Positions 1-9,349 of a stretch of 64,000 nt of DNA are shown here, in pieces. The notes under the pieces were generated by a model that did no database searches, was not told where the DNA came from, and saw only the letters and a list, made by a program, of their open reading frames with translations. The DNA is taken from NCBI GenBank assembly GCA_963743245.1, contig CAVUPP010000002.1:32513-96512 (forward strand), in the 5' to 3' direction. The DNA is from Vicinamibacteria bacterium. Lineage in GTDB: Bacteria; Acidobacteriota; Vicinamibacteria; Vicinamibacterales; JAENWD01. Made by a program: the position numbers and the translations under genes. Numbering within the stretch: position 1 is the first letter of the stretch; each line of letters starts with the position of its first letter.

Positions 1-250
1 CCTCGTGCACCGCACGACGTCCGATCCCGATCAGCCCGTCGAGCGCGCCCTCGCGCATCTGGCTCCAGCCAATCTCGTGGCGTTCGGCATTGCGGTGCTC
101 GGGTGTGGCACGCTCGCCGGGTCATCGTACCGGCCCCTGAGCACGCTCGGCATCTTCACGGTGGTCAGTCTCACGACCGGACTGTTTGCGGCGCTCGCCG
201 TGCTGCCCGTGTGTCTGGCGTGGACCCTCAAGCGCCAGCGGCGGGCCTGA
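1..250 (+). CDS. C-terminal fragment of an RND/MMPL-superfamily membrane transporter (5' end outside window)
   Basis: ORF is open to the window edge. It has two hydrophobic helices (VAFGIAVLGCGTLAG; IFTVVSLTTGLFAALAVLPVCLAW) followed by a basic tail KRQRRA. The family call comes only from resemblance to such C-termini. Confidence 0.4.
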   Translation, partial: LVHRTTSDPDQPVERALAHLAPANLVAFGIAVLGCGTLAGSSYRPLSTLGIFTVVSLTTGLFAALAVLPVCLAWTLKRQRRA

Positions 251-324
251 TGGAGCATGCGATACTCTGATCGTCTCCGAGGCATGCTGATCACCTCGAC
301 TCCGTCGCTCGAGATCGCTGGCCG

Positions 325-1404
325 ATGAGAGGCGCGGTCTCTCTCAGAAGCGTCTTCAAAACATACGGGCAGGTCGCCGCCGTCACCGACGTCTCGCTCG
401 ACGTCCCACCTGGCGAGTTCGTCTGTCTGCTGGGTCCCTCAGGCTGCGGCAAGACCACGCTCCTCCGACTCATCGCTGGCTTCGAAACGCCCGACAGCGG
501 TGCCGTATCGGTTTCGAATCGCGACGTTACGCTCGTCCCGGCGCACAAACGTCCCGTCAACACGGTGTTCCAGCATTACGCGCTCTTTCCGCACCGAACG
601 GTCGCCGGGAATGTGGCCTTCGGCCTCGAGATGCGGTCGCAGCCACGCCCGGAAATCGATCGCCACGTGGACCGTGCGCTCGAACTGGTCCGGCTGGCCG
701 GGTACGGCACTCGCCGTATAACCGAATTGTCAGGAGGCCAGAAACAGCGCGTCGCCCTCGCACGCGCGCTCGTGCTGGAACCGGAAGTGCTGCTCCTCGA
801 CGAGCCGATGGCGGCCCTCGACCCGAAGCTTCGCAAGGAGATGCAGGTCGAGCTGAAGAATCTCCAGGAACGCCTCCGCACCACGTTCGTCTTCGTGACG
901 CACGACCAGGATGAGGCTCTGGTCATGGCCGACCGTATCGCGGTCATGAATCAGGGACGCATCGAGCAGATCGACGAGCCCGAGGCGCTGTACGAGCGTC
1001 CCCGTACGCGATTTGTCGCCGACTTCCTCGGCGTCTCGAACCTCTTCGTGGCAACGCCCGTTGCCCGGCACGGATCGCTCGCCCGCCTGAGAACCGCCGG
1101 CGGGCTGGAATTCGACGCCAAAGACGATGGTGGATACCGCGCCGCGCAGCCCGTCTGGGTCGGACTGCGGTCCGAGAAGATCAGCCTGGTCGACGGCACG
1201 GCATCCGCGCTGTCCGGCGTCATCGAGGACGAGATCTTCCTGGGCGACTGGACCGACTGGCGCGTGCGCGTGGGCGCCGAACTCCTGAGCGTCGGCGAGG
1301 GCAATGTCCTGGCGAGAGGCCGGAAGCGTGGCGACACCGTGTCGTTGTCGTTTGCTCCGGACGCGGTACTGCGTCTCGAAGACGCAGGTCAGGATCACTC
1401 GTGA
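325..1404 (+). CDS. potA: Spermidine/putrescine-type ABC transporter ATP-binding protein
   Basis: Walker A GPSGCGKTT, ABC signature LSGGQKQRVALARAL, Walker B LLLDEP, H-loop FVTHDQ, plus a C-terminal regulatory (TOBE-like) domain. Its stop overlaps the next start by 4 nt. Confidence 0.9.
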   Translation: MRGAVSLRSVFKTYGQVAAVTDVSLDVPPGEFVCLLGPSGCGKTTLLRLIAGFETPDSGAVSVSNRDVTLVPAHKRPVNTVFQHYALFPHRTVAGNVAFGLEMRSQPRPEIDRHVDRALELVRLAGYGTRRITELSGGQKQRVALARALVLEPEVLLLDEPMAALDPKLRKEMQVELKNLQERLRTTFVFVTHDQDEALVMADRIAVMNQGRIEQIDEPEALYERPRTRFVADFLGVSNLFVATPVARHGSLARLRTAGGLEFDAKDDGGYRAAQPVWVGLRSEKISLVDGTASALSGVIEDEIFLGDWTDWRVRVGAELLSVGEGNVLARGRKRGDTVSLSFAPDAVLRLEDAGQDHS

Positions 1405-2240
1405 CGCAACGCCGCAGCGGCCTCCTTCTACTGCTCCCCTGCGCCGCAGTCCTCGCCTCGCTGTTCTATCTACCGCAACTGTTCATGCTGTTGGTGTCGC
1501 TGGGCCAGCGGTCCACATACGGCGCGGTCATCTATGGCGTCAGTGTGGCGAACTATCTTCGCGCGCTCGACCCGCTCTACCTGTCGATTCTCGGACGAAG
1601 CCTTCTGCTCGCGCTCGAGACCACCGCCATCTGTCTCCTGCTGGCGTATCCGGTCGCGTTCTGGCTCGGACGTCTCGTTCCGGCCGGTTGGCGCAATCTG
1701 TTGGTCACGCTGATTGTCCTGCCCTTCTGGACCAGCTTCCTGGTCCGCCTCTACGCGTGGATGGTCCTGCTGCGCTCCGAGGGTGTCGTGAACACGCTGC
1801 TCGGACACGCCGGGCTCAGCGGAGTCGAGCTGCTGTACAACCACGCCGCGGTGTTGCTCGGGCAGGTCTACGGCGAGCTACCGTTCATGATCATTCCCCT
1901 CTACGTGTCGATCGAGAAGCTCGATTCGACGCAGCTTGAGGCCGCGGCGGACTGCGGGGCCAGTCCGTTCCGGGCGTTCTTGAGCGTCGTGATCCCGCAG
2001 ACGATGCCAGGTATTGCAGCGGGGTGTGTGCTCGTCTTCATCCCGTCGCTCGGAGCGTTTCTCGCACCGGATCTGCTCGGGGGCGGACGGACGGCGTACA
2101 TTGGCAACCTGATTCAGAGCCAGTTCGCGGTTGCGCGCGACATGCCGTTTGGTGCCGCGCTGTCGTTCCTGCTGTCGCTCGTTGTCGCGCTGCTCCTGTT
2201 GCTGTTCAGACGTCCATTGGCCTCCACGCAGTCGCTGTAG
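1401..2240 (+). CDS. potB: ABC transporter permease (PotB-like)
   Basis: 279 aa with multiple TM helices and an EAA-loop (LEAAADCGASPFRAFLSVVIPQTMPG). Lies between potA and potC/D. Confidence 0.85.
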   Translation: MTQRRSGLLLLLPCAAVLASLFYLPQLFMLLVSLGQRSTYGAVIYGVSVANYLRALDPLYLSILGRSLLLALETTAICLLLAYPVAFWLGRLVPAGWRNLLVTLIVLPFWTSFLVRLYAWMVLLRSEGVVNTLLGHAGLSGVELLYNHAAVLLGQVYGELPFMIIPLYVSIEKLDSTQLEAAADCGASPFRAFLSVVIPQTMPGIAAGCVLVFIPSLGAFLAPDLLGGGRTAYIGNLIQSQFAVARDMPFGAALSFLLSLVVALLLLLFRRPLASTQSL

Positions 2241-2249
2241 GGCCATAGC

Positions 2250-4088
2250 ATGGCTGAACACCGCCAATCGTCAGCGGTTCCGCTGGGTCTCCTGGCCGTC
2301 CTGGTCTATCTCTTTCTGTATGCGCCCATCATCGGTACTGGCGGTGTTGTCGTTCAGTGCGAGCCGGCTGGCTGCGTCGTGGGGCGGCTTCACGCTCGAC
2401 TGGTACTTCAAGGCCGCGCGGGACCCCGCCATCCTCGCCTCTCTCCGGAACAGCCTCGTCGTCGGCGTCTCGGCATCGGTCGTCGCCACGGCCTGCGGGC
2501 ACGGCTGCGGCCCTCGCGCTACATCGACACAAGTTTCGCGGCAGCGCTGTGGTTGACGCCGGCATCCTGCTGCCGACGGTCGTGCCAGAAATCGTGCTCG
2601 CGGCGTCGCTGCTGCTCCTGTTCGCCACGCTCGGTGCGCCATTGGGTTTCACCACAGTCATCCTGGCGCATGTCGGATTCACGATCTCGTACGCATTCGT
2701 CGTCGTCAAAGCCCGCATCGCCGGACTCGACGGCACGCTCGAAGAAGCCGCGATGGATCTCGGGGCGGGACCCATCCGGACGTTCCTGCTGGTGACCCTT
2801 CCGGCCATTGCACCAGCCGTGCTGGCGGGAGGTCTACTCGCCTTTGCCCTGTCCATCGACGACTACGTCGTGACGTCCTTCGTGACCGGCGTGGGTGCCA
2901 CGACACTGCCGCTGCAGATCTACTCGATGGTCAAGAGCGGCATCTCGCCGGAGATCAATGCCGTCTCGACAGTGCTGATTGTCGCGACCGGGCTCCTGCT
3001 CATCGCGGCGTTCCTGCTCGAGCAGGGCCGATCGGTCCGCACGGCGTCGATTCCGGCTGTCGTCGGATTGACCGTTCTTGCAGCGCCTTTCTTCGCGGTG
3101 GGTGGATCTGCGATCAATCGAGACCACGAGCTCAACCTGTTCATCTGGTCCAACTACATTTCGCCAGCGACCCTCGCCAAATTCGAACAACGCAACGGCG
3201 TCAAGGTGAACGTCGATCTGTATGATTCGAACGAGTCGATGCTCGCGAAGCTGCAGGCGGGTAATACGGACTACGACGTCATCTGTCCATCCGATTACTT
3301 GTTGCCAGGTGCTGATCCGACAGGGGCTGATCCGTCGCATCGATCATGCGCGCCTGCCCCATCTGGTCACGATCGCCTCCTCGTTTCTCGACCGCCCCTA
3401 CGACCCCGGCAACGCGCATTCAACCCCGTACTTCTGGGGCACGACCGGCATCGCCTACGACCGGACGCGCGTTCCGGCGCCCATCGATTCGTGGTCGGCG
3501 CTGTGGGACGAACGACTCCGCGGTCGCATCCTGATGCTCGACGACCCGCGCGAAGCCTTCATGGCCGCCTTGAAGGTGCGCGGCCATAGCCTGAACACGA
3601 CGGATCCGCGCGTGCTGCAGGAGGCGCGGGATCTGCTGATCCGGCAGCGACCGCTAGTGCGCACGTACAACTCGACCAACTACGAGGACGTATTGCTGTC
3701 ACGGGACGTGTGGGTCGCTCAAGGATGGAGCGGGCAATTCGTGAAGGCGATGGAACAGGACCCCGATATCGTGTACGTCGTACCGAAGGAAGGCTCGACT
3801 CTCTTCATCGACAACCTCGCCATCCCCGTCACGGCACGACATCCCGATCTCGCGCACGCCTTTCTCGACTTCGCCATGGAGCCGGAGATCGACGCTGAAA
3901 TCTGCCGCACGATGCGCTACTCCACCACGAGCCGCGAGGCGTTGCCGCTCCTGCCGCTCGCCATCCGCAACAATCCGGCGATGTTCCCACCGCCAACGGT
4001 CTTTGACCGACTCGAGATGATCCGGGACCTCGGCGAGACTACGGTCCTGTACGACCGGCTGTGGACCGAAGTCAAGAGCGCCCAGTAA
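2250..4088 (+). pseudogene. Fused ABC permease (PotC-like) and periplasmic polyamine-binding protein (PotD/PotF-like), interrupted by three +1 frame changes as sequenced
   Basis: The protein reads through four ORF pieces. Frame of 2250: MAEHRQSSAVPLGLLAVLVYLFLYAPII. Frame of 2131: VLAVLSFSASRLAASWGGFTLDWY...VVATACG. Frame of 2357: TAAALALHRHKFRGSAVVDAGILLP...EINAVSTVLIVATGLLLIAAFLLEQ, then a TM anchor, then NLFIWSNYISPATLAKFEQRNGVKVNV...PSDYLL. Frame of 3222: QVLIRQGLIRRIDHARL...YFWGTTGIAYD...WTEVKSAQ. Deleting one base of gg at 2334/2335, ggg at 2497-2499 and cc at 3305/3306 restores one ORF of about 611 aa. There is no stop codon between the permease and binding-protein parts. Confidence 0.8.
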
Positions 4089-4302
4089 CGCGAGACGAGG
4101 CCTCCAAGAGTCGAAAGGGTCAAGAGGCGTCGCAGAATCGAGCGCGACGGCGTGTGCGTAACCGCCCACGTCCTGCGCAGGTTCAAGCCCCCAGCCGAGC
4201 CGTCGATTAAGAGTGAGCCGGACCAGCCCTGCGGGGGGCACCGGCATCAGATGGATGCGGAGCGCATTCATGTCTCCGGATTCCCCGGCATTCGGGCAGA
4301 AC

Positions 4303-4533
4303 ATGGCGACTGTCGTAATCGATGCAACTGGATTGCGGTGTCCAGGCCCAGGCCTTCGGATGGCCGCGGCCGTCACGCGTCAGCAGGTGCGGCCTGGCGA
4401 TCTTCTCGAGGTCGTCGCCGACTGTCCGTCATTCGAGGCGGACGTGCGATCGTGGTGCACGATGTACCGGAAGGTGCTGGCGCTGATTCGAGACGAGGGT
4501 AAGGGCTTGAAGCGCTGCGTGATCTATATCTAG
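4303..4533 (+). CDS. TusA/SirA-family sulfurtransferase-like protein
   Basis: About 76 aa from the ATG at 4303 (the tracked ORF starts at GTG 4213). Carries the conserved GLRCPGP (CPxP) active-site motif near the N-terminus, and size and motif fit the TusA family. The start is uncertain. Confidence 0.7.
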   Translation: MATVVIDATGLRCPGPGLRMAAAVTRQQVRPGDLLEVVADCPSFEADVRSWCTMYRKVLALIRDEGKGLKRCVIYI

Positions 4534-5033
4534 GGCTCGAGGGAGGGAGCGAGCGCGGCACCGCCTGGCGGTGGCTGAAGACGAGCGCGGGCGAACTCGC
4601 TGCGCACTTCCCACTCGGTCGAACCCGCCGTGAGCAGGACGAGGCCGAACCCGACAACGGTCAACGCTGCGATCGACCGTAAAAGCAGCACGGCAAACCC
4701 GACGACTGTGTCGTGCTGGCCGAAGACGGCGCCCATCATCACGAGCTCGCGGTTGTTCGTTGGACGCATGGTCTGGGTGACGACCGGTGCGGGAACGAGC
4801 GAACGCGCCGCGTCCAGGATCGGGCGGTCGAAGCCAACGCCGTCGGCACCGCGGATACCGAACCTCAGCGCCGCCCACGATCCGTAGCCCAGTCCAATCA
4901 CCAGCAGCGCGAGCCCGATGAGGAGACGCAGTGCGCGCCCGTGAATGGAACTCGCTCCAGAGAAACGGCGCCATGTGCGGCTTATCGGTCCCGCGAGAGT
5001 CCGCTGCACCTGCTTCACACGTCGCATCGTCAT
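4530..5033 (-). CDS. Hypothetical integral membrane protein
   Basis: ORF 4530..5138. Start taken at internal MTMRRVKQ so that it does not overlap the upstream gene. Has 3-4 hydrophobic helices (LRLLIGLALLVIGLGYGSWAAL; VVGFAVLLLRSIAALTVVGFGLVLL). No motif recognised. Confidence 0.45.
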   Translation of the reverse strand: MTMRRVKQVQRTLAGPISRTWRRFSGASSIHGRALRLLIGLALLVIGLGYGSWAALRFGIRGADGVGFDRPILDAARSLVPAPVVTQTMRPTNNRELVMMGAVFGQHDTVVGFAVLLLRSIAALTVVGFGLVLLTAGSTEWEVRSEFARARLQPPPGGAALAPSLEP

Positions 5034-5059
5034 CGCACGGAACTGCACCAGTCCAGCGC

Positions 5060-5839
5060 TCAGCGGGGTCGCCTCGGAAAGCGCACGCCAAAGCCGAATC
5101 CCGCGAACCAATCGGTGGCTGAGGACGTCAGTCCCCACCCCGCTTCCACATCCACCTCGAAGTTGTGCCCGACGATGTGGCTCACGCCGGTGTCGAAGGT
5201 GCAGGCGCAGTGTCCGCTATCGAAGGAACTGACGATCTCCCAGAAGGCATCCCACTTGGGTGCGAGGTCCCTGGAGAACGAGACGCTGGCTACGCGCGCG
5301 ACGTCACGGTGGCCGTTCTGTGAGACAGATGCGACGTTGACGTTCCCGGACACGTCGAAACCGCCTGGCAATCCGTGAGCCCATGTCAGTTTGACAGCGG
5401 GATCCACGGCGCCGCCGAAGGCATCCGAGCCGGTCGGGATCGCGAGAATCGGGATCACCGCCAACGCCAAACCATCGTCCGACTCCCGGAGCACATACTT
5501 GCCTGCCAGGGCGATGGCCGAGAACCCAGACGTTCGCTGCGACGGCTGACCGTCCGGTCGAACCGAGTCGGTGACGAATCCGTCAGCGCCGACACGCAGC
5601 TCGAAGCGCTTCGCGAGACCGATGCGCAGCAGCATTTGCGGAAACCTGATGTCGTTGGTTTCGACGCCATCGGCGTGATCGCTGCCGGAAGTGAAGCCGC
5701 CCTCGAGCTGGATGACCCCCGTGCCGACGACTAGACTCGACTCCGTGAAATCTGGACGGTCCGTATTGATCTCTGACTCGTCTGGCGTCGCGGGGACTGT
5801 CTGCGCGCACACAGGGGCGGCACAAAGCAACCAGGCCAT
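5060..5839 (-). CDS. Outer-membrane beta-barrel 'transporter' (MetA-pathway/phenol-degradation-like OMP family)
   Basis: Signal peptide ...MAWLLCAAPVCAQT, then NTDRPDFTESSLVVGTGVIQLEGGF and alternating beta-strand sequence typical of this OMP family. The start may really be ATG 5882. Deleting one a of aa at 5875/5876 gives MPSQRSRLLHGLWLMAWLLCAAPVCAQT, a much better signal peptide. Confidence 0.65.
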   Translation of the reverse strand: MAWLLCAAPVCAQTVPATPDESEINTDRPDFTESSLVVGTGVIQLEGGFTSGSDHADGVETNDIRFPQMLLRIGLAKRFELRVGADGFVTDSVRPDGQPSQRTSGFSAIALAGKYVLRESDDGLALAVIPILAIPTGSDAFGGAVDPAVKLTWAHGLPGGFDVSGNVNVASVSQNGHRDVARVASVSFSRDLAPKWDAFWEIVSSFDSGHCACTFDTGVSHIVGHNFEVDVEAGWGLTSSATDWFAGFGFGVRFPRRPR

Positions 5840-5941
5840 CAGCCAGAGGCCGTGCAGGAGCCGCGATCGCTGCGAACGGCATTGTTGCGTGCGCGTGACT
5901 GAGTCACACTGACGCGAGGCGGTGACGCCCGGAGGGACTCG

Positions 5942-6481
5942 TTGATGCGGCTGCTCGACGCACTGCTCGTGGAATTCGATCATGAGACCGGAGTCACACG
6001 GCAACTTCTGCAGCTGGTCACTGAGGATCGCTCGGGATTCCGTCCACATCCGAAATCCTACTCACTTGGCGAACTCTGCCTTCACCTCGGACGTGTCCTG
6101 GGATGGACAGGCCTCATCGTTCGTCGCTCGGAGTTCGATCTGCACCCGCCGGATGCTGCACCTGCCGATCGGCCCGCCTTCGAATCGATGGCGGCCGCGC
6201 GCGCGGAATTCGAGCGTCAGGCCCGCGAAGCACGCGCGGCACTTGCGGCGGCGTCGGATGCGGAGCTGTTGGAGACCTGGTCGCTCAAAGACGGCGGCAA
6301 GTTGCTGTTCACGCTGCCTCGAGCGGCTGTCCTGCGATCCTGGGTCTTCAACCACGGCATTCATCACCGTGGTCAGCTGACCGTCTACCTCAGGCTCTGT
6401 GAGATCCCGCTGCCACCAGTCTACGGTCCTACGGCTGACAGTGATGCACGGCCGGAGCCGGATCACCAGTCGCAGCCATAG
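5942..6481 (+). CDS. DinB-family (DinB_2/YfiT-like) protein
   Basis: 179 aa with a four-helix DinB pattern and conserved His positions (...LCLHLGR..., ...WVFNHGIHHRGQLTVYLR...). ATG at 5945 is an alternative start. Confidence 0.75.
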   Translation: MMRLLDALLVEFDHETGVTRQLLQLVTEDRSGFRPHPKSYSLGELCLHLGRVLGWTGLIVRRSEFDLHPPDAAPADRPAFESMAAARAEFERQAREARAALAAASDAELLETWSLKDGGKLLFTLPRAAVLRSWVFNHGIHHRGQLTVYLRLCEIPLPPVYGPTADSDARPEPDHQSQP

Positions 6482-6828
6482 ACCTGCGTCGTGGACTTGG
6501 CGAGCGCGAGGGCCTGGGTGCAGGCCGCGGTGAGAGCCTGCCGGCCGGCGTCGGTCGCGGCGAGAGCCTTCCACTGGATCTTCGTCTGCTCGAGCGCCTG
6601 GCTCATCTGCGGACGCGCGGCTTCCGGCACTTTGCTGCTGACGCAGGCCGTGTACTTGGCCATGTAGTCGTCGCAGATCTTCACGCCGAAGTCACCGTTC
6701 GCGGACGCCTCGGCTGCCTCCGAGGCGGCAGGCTGCGTGGCCGGCGATTCGCTCTTCGAGGCTCCGCCGCCGCACCCGATCACGAGTCCGGCCGCCAGAC
6801 AAGGCACGGCCACACCGATCCAACGCAT
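6463..6828 (-). CDS. Small lipoprotein, function unknown
   Basis: Internal start MRWIGVAVPCLAAGLVIGCGGG gives a lipobox (L-V-I-G-C). The mature part is about 100 aa with 4 Cys. Its 3' end overlaps the convergent DinB gene by 19 nt. Confidence 0.6.
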   Translation of the reverse strand: MRWIGVAVPCLAAGLVIGCGGGASKSESPATQPAASEAAEASANGDFGVKICDDYMAKYTACVSSKVPEAARPQMSQALEQTKIQWKALAATDAGRQALTAACTQALALAKSTTQVYGCDW

Positions 6829-6878
6829 GAGTCGCCTCTCTTTCGGTCGTTGAAGAACGTGGCCTGGGTCCAGCCCGA

Positions 6879-7430
6879 TTACTTGCCGCCCGTGGCCTCG
6901 GCCAGGAGCGACTGCAGCATCCGCGTGTACTCGGCGTCGGCTTCGGCGAAGGCCTTCATGTAATCGTCCTGGGAAATCTTCTGCTTCTTCCACTCGCCAT
7001 CGAACTGGACGCGGGGAGACGTGCCCTTTGTGTAGAAGTCGAAGGGCGCCTGTGGTGTCGAGCGGGTGGCATAGAGGCCATCCGCTTTGAGGTCTTCGAT
7101 CACCCGTCGCGAGGCCGGAGACGTCGCAGCATTGAGATCGAGGTAGACGTCTCTGTACTGCTTCAGGACGATCCGTTCCTTCAGCAGCGCCGGTGCCGAG
7201 TACGTCGCTGCGATCACCAGGAGCTGTGCGCCCGGAAAGTACAACGCCGCGACGAAGCCGTCGTCGGTGCCGACCTCGCGGGCGGCGATGCTATCGAGCT
7301 TGGCGTGATCGAGGGCGGCGGTCAGTTCCTTCGCCAGGGCGACGCTCTTGCCGTCCTGGGCGGCAAGCGTTCCGCTGCCGAGGAGCGCACACGCTGCCAT
7401 CAGAACGACGACTAACACGCGACTGTGCAT
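6879..7430 (-). CDS. Secreted hypothetical protein
   Basis: Start at MHSRVLVVVLMAACALLGSGTLAAQ (signal peptide). The 184-aa body has normal composition, whereas the upstream part of the 322-aa ORF is R/S/P-rich junk. Confidence 0.6.
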   Translation of the reverse strand: MHSRVLVVVLMAACALLGSGTLAAQDGKSVALAKELTAALDHAKLDSIAAREVGTDDGFVAALYFPGAQLLVIAATYSAPALLKERIVLKQYRDVYLDLNAATSPASRRVIEDLKADGLYATRSTPQAPFDFYTKGTSPRVQFDGEWKKQKISQDDYMKAFAEADAEYTRMLQSLLAEATGGK

Positions 7431-7500
7431 GGAGGACGGCCCCGGGGATGAGAGGGGCCAGTTGTAGCACGTGCGCCGCAGGGGGTCAACGGCCGTGCTG

Positions 7501-7935
7501 TCAGCCGATGAAGAGCGAGTCTTCCTCTTCGTCTGGTCTGACCGCTTTTCCCCGCGACGGTTGCTGGCGCAGCCCGCGCAGGGTGGCCACCACGGCCTTG
7601 AAGCCAGCCACGACCGCCATGCTCTGGCGGGCGGGCTGTACGACCGCTTCCTGCACGAGGATGACCGTCTCTTCGACTCGCTGGCTGACCTCGGCAAACA
7701 GCCGATCGGCCCGTTCGACCTGCTGCGCGGCGAGCGTGGACGCACGCGCAGCCTCGGCGGCGACGGTCTGCAGGTGGGCCGAGAGCGGCCGCACCTCCTG
7801 CTGAATCTGCTCGGCCAGCTTGTTGACACGCTGTAACAGGCGGGCACCGGCGATGACGGCGCCCACCTGGATAGCGGCGATGACGAACACCGACAGCGCG
7901 ATGATACCGAGGAAAATCGGCGTCCAGTCTGTCAC
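7501..7935 (-). CDS. DUF948-like membrane-anchored coiled-coil protein
   Basis: N-terminal TM (IFLGIIALSVFVIAAIQVGAVIA) followed by an A/Q/E-rich helical region. Has the size and pattern of DUF948. Overlaps the upstream ytxH-like gene by 4 nt. Confidence 0.6.
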   Translation of the reverse strand: MTDWTPIFLGIIALSVFVIAAIQVGAVIAGARLLQRVNKLAEQIQQEVRPLSAHLQTVAAEAARASTLAAQQVERADRLFAEVSQRVEETVILVQEAVVQPARQSMAVVAGFKAVVATLRGLRQQPSRGKAVRPDEEEDSLFIG

Positions 7936-8219
7936 ACGGTTTCCTCGGAGCCTTCGGCGTCGCGGGCCTGGTGATAGGCTTCGCGGCCGCGCTCGACGGC
8001 GCTTCTGACGGTGTCACGCTGCCGGTTCAGGAACTCCCGCCCCTGCTTGGCGGCGTCGCCCGCCCGCTGCCGGCCCTCGCGCGCCTTGTCGGCGAGCAGC
8101 TGCCGGGTGTCGTCACCGGTGGCTGGCGCAAACAACAGCGCGACCGCGGCGCCGGTCACTGCACCTGCGATGAAGGCCAGCACCACCGTGCCGCCGCCGA
8201 CTGATTCGTCTCTCGCCAT
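7932..8219 (-). CDS. YtxH-domain protein
   Basis: 95 aa. N-terminal hydrophobic segment GGTVVLAFIAGAVTGAAVALLFAPATG followed by a charged helix, which is the YtxH signature. Confidence 0.65.
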   Translation of the reverse strand: MARDESVGGGTVVLAFIAGAVTGAAVALLFAPATGDDTRQLLADKAREGRQRAGDAAKQGREFLNRQRDTVRSAVERGREAYHQARDAEGSEETV

Positions 8220-8233
8220 GATGTGCCTCTCTT

Positions 8234-8249
8234 CGGCCCGTCGGGGCCG
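8234..8249 (-). terminator. Small GC hairpin between mlaD and ytxH (terminator/attenuator candidate)
   Basis: cggccc-gtcg-gggccg, a 6-bp GC stem, lies 14 nt after the mlaD stop. There is no U-tract, and it is followed by the ytxH Shine-Dalgarno sequence (aagagagg). Confidence 0.25.
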
Positions 8250-8262
8250 GTGTCTTCGTACT

Positions 8263-9303
8263 CTAGAAAATGCTGACCTTCACGCGCAAGTATTTCTGCG
8301 GATCCTTGCGGATATCCACCAGCAGCCCGCGCAATTCCGTCACCGCCCCGTTCAGATTGTCGTACAGCTGCCGGTCGTGCAGCAGCTGACCGGCCGTGCC
8401 CTTGCCGTCGTTCAGCCCTGCGAGCACTGAATCCAGCCGGTCCGACAGCGCCGTCATCTTGTTGTACAGCGCCGGGTCCTTGACGAGCTTGCCGGCGGTG
8501 CCCTCGCCCTTGTTGATGCCGCTGGCAAGGCTGTCGACGTTGCTCGTGGCCGACGTCAGGGAGTTCGCGAACGTCTGATCGTTCAGCAACTTCCCGAGGC
8601 TGCCCTCGCCGGCGTTGATGCGCGTCGTGATGGCTTGGAGATTCTGGAGCGACGCTTCAAGGTCGCGGTAGACCTTGTCGTCGGTGTTGAGCTTGCCGAG
8701 CGTGCCCTTCCCGATCCGCAGATTCTGCGCGACCGCTTCGGCGGCGTCCACGAAGCCCTCGACATCGCGGTAGAGAGCGTCGTCGGTGAACAGCTTGCCG
8801 ACGGTGCCCTTGCCCGCGCGGATCTCTTTCAGCAGACCGGTGGCCTGACTGAGCGCGTTGGTTGCCCCCTCCGCCACGTCGGCCAGCTGCCCCGGCGATC
8901 GCTTGCTGGGCACGTACTCGCCTGCTCTCAACGGCCGTCCCTGCATCGATGGTGTGATATCGAGCGCCGATTCGCCGAGAAGCGAGATCGACCCGATCAA
9001 TGCCGTGGACTGGTCCGTGATCCGGTTCTGCATCTCTTTCGAGACCTCGAACGCCACCTCCACGTTACCGCCGTTGAAGCCGACCTGCTTGACCGATCCG
9101 ACTTCGACGCCGGCCACGCGGACCGGCGCTCCGGTCTTCAGCCCGGCGACGTTGTCGAAGCGCGTCTTCAGCCGATAGCGCTGCCACCAGAATCCACCTT
9201 CACCGCTGATCATGAAGATCACCATCACCGCAAAGGCGAGGGAGGCGGCAGACAGGATCCCGATTTTCAATTCCGTCCAATGCAACGATCGCGTCCGCGG
9301 CAT
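8263..9303 (-). CDS. mlaD: MlaD/MCE-family protein with C-terminal helical repeats
   Basis: N-terminal TM, then an MCE domain (YRLKTRFDNVAGLKTGAPVRVAGVEVGSVKQV). This is followed by five ~35-aa repeats, each starting G(K/E)G(T/S)xG(K/Q)L. Confidence 0.8.
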   Translation of the reverse strand: MPRTRSLHWTELKIGILSAASLAFAVMVIFMISGEGGFWWQRYRLKTRFDNVAGLKTGAPVRVAGVEVGSVKQVGFNGGNVEVAFEVSKEMQNRITDQSTALIGSISLLGESALDITPSMQGRPLRAGEYVPSKRSPGQLADVAEGATNALSQATGLLKEIRAGKGTVGKLFTDDALYRDVEGFVDAAEAVAQNLRIGKGTLGKLNTDDKVYRDLEASLQNLQAITTRINAGEGSLGKLLNDQTFANSLTSATSNVDSLASGINKGEGTAGKLVKDPALYNKMTALSDRLDSVLAGLNDGKGTAGQLLHDRQLYDNLNGAVTELRGLLVDIRKDPQKYLRVKVSIF

Positions 9304-9349
9304 TGCCTGCCTTTCACGCTCGAGCGCCCGGCTTTGGGCCGCGCCGGAG

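Noticed and set aside
4303-5033. TusA-like gene and convergent membrane protein as a sulfur-transport pair
   Set aside because: The genes are convergent (4-nt overlap of the 3' ends), not co-transcribed. The membrane protein has no YeeE/YedE-like features that I can recognise. The association is therefore not supportable from sequence alone.
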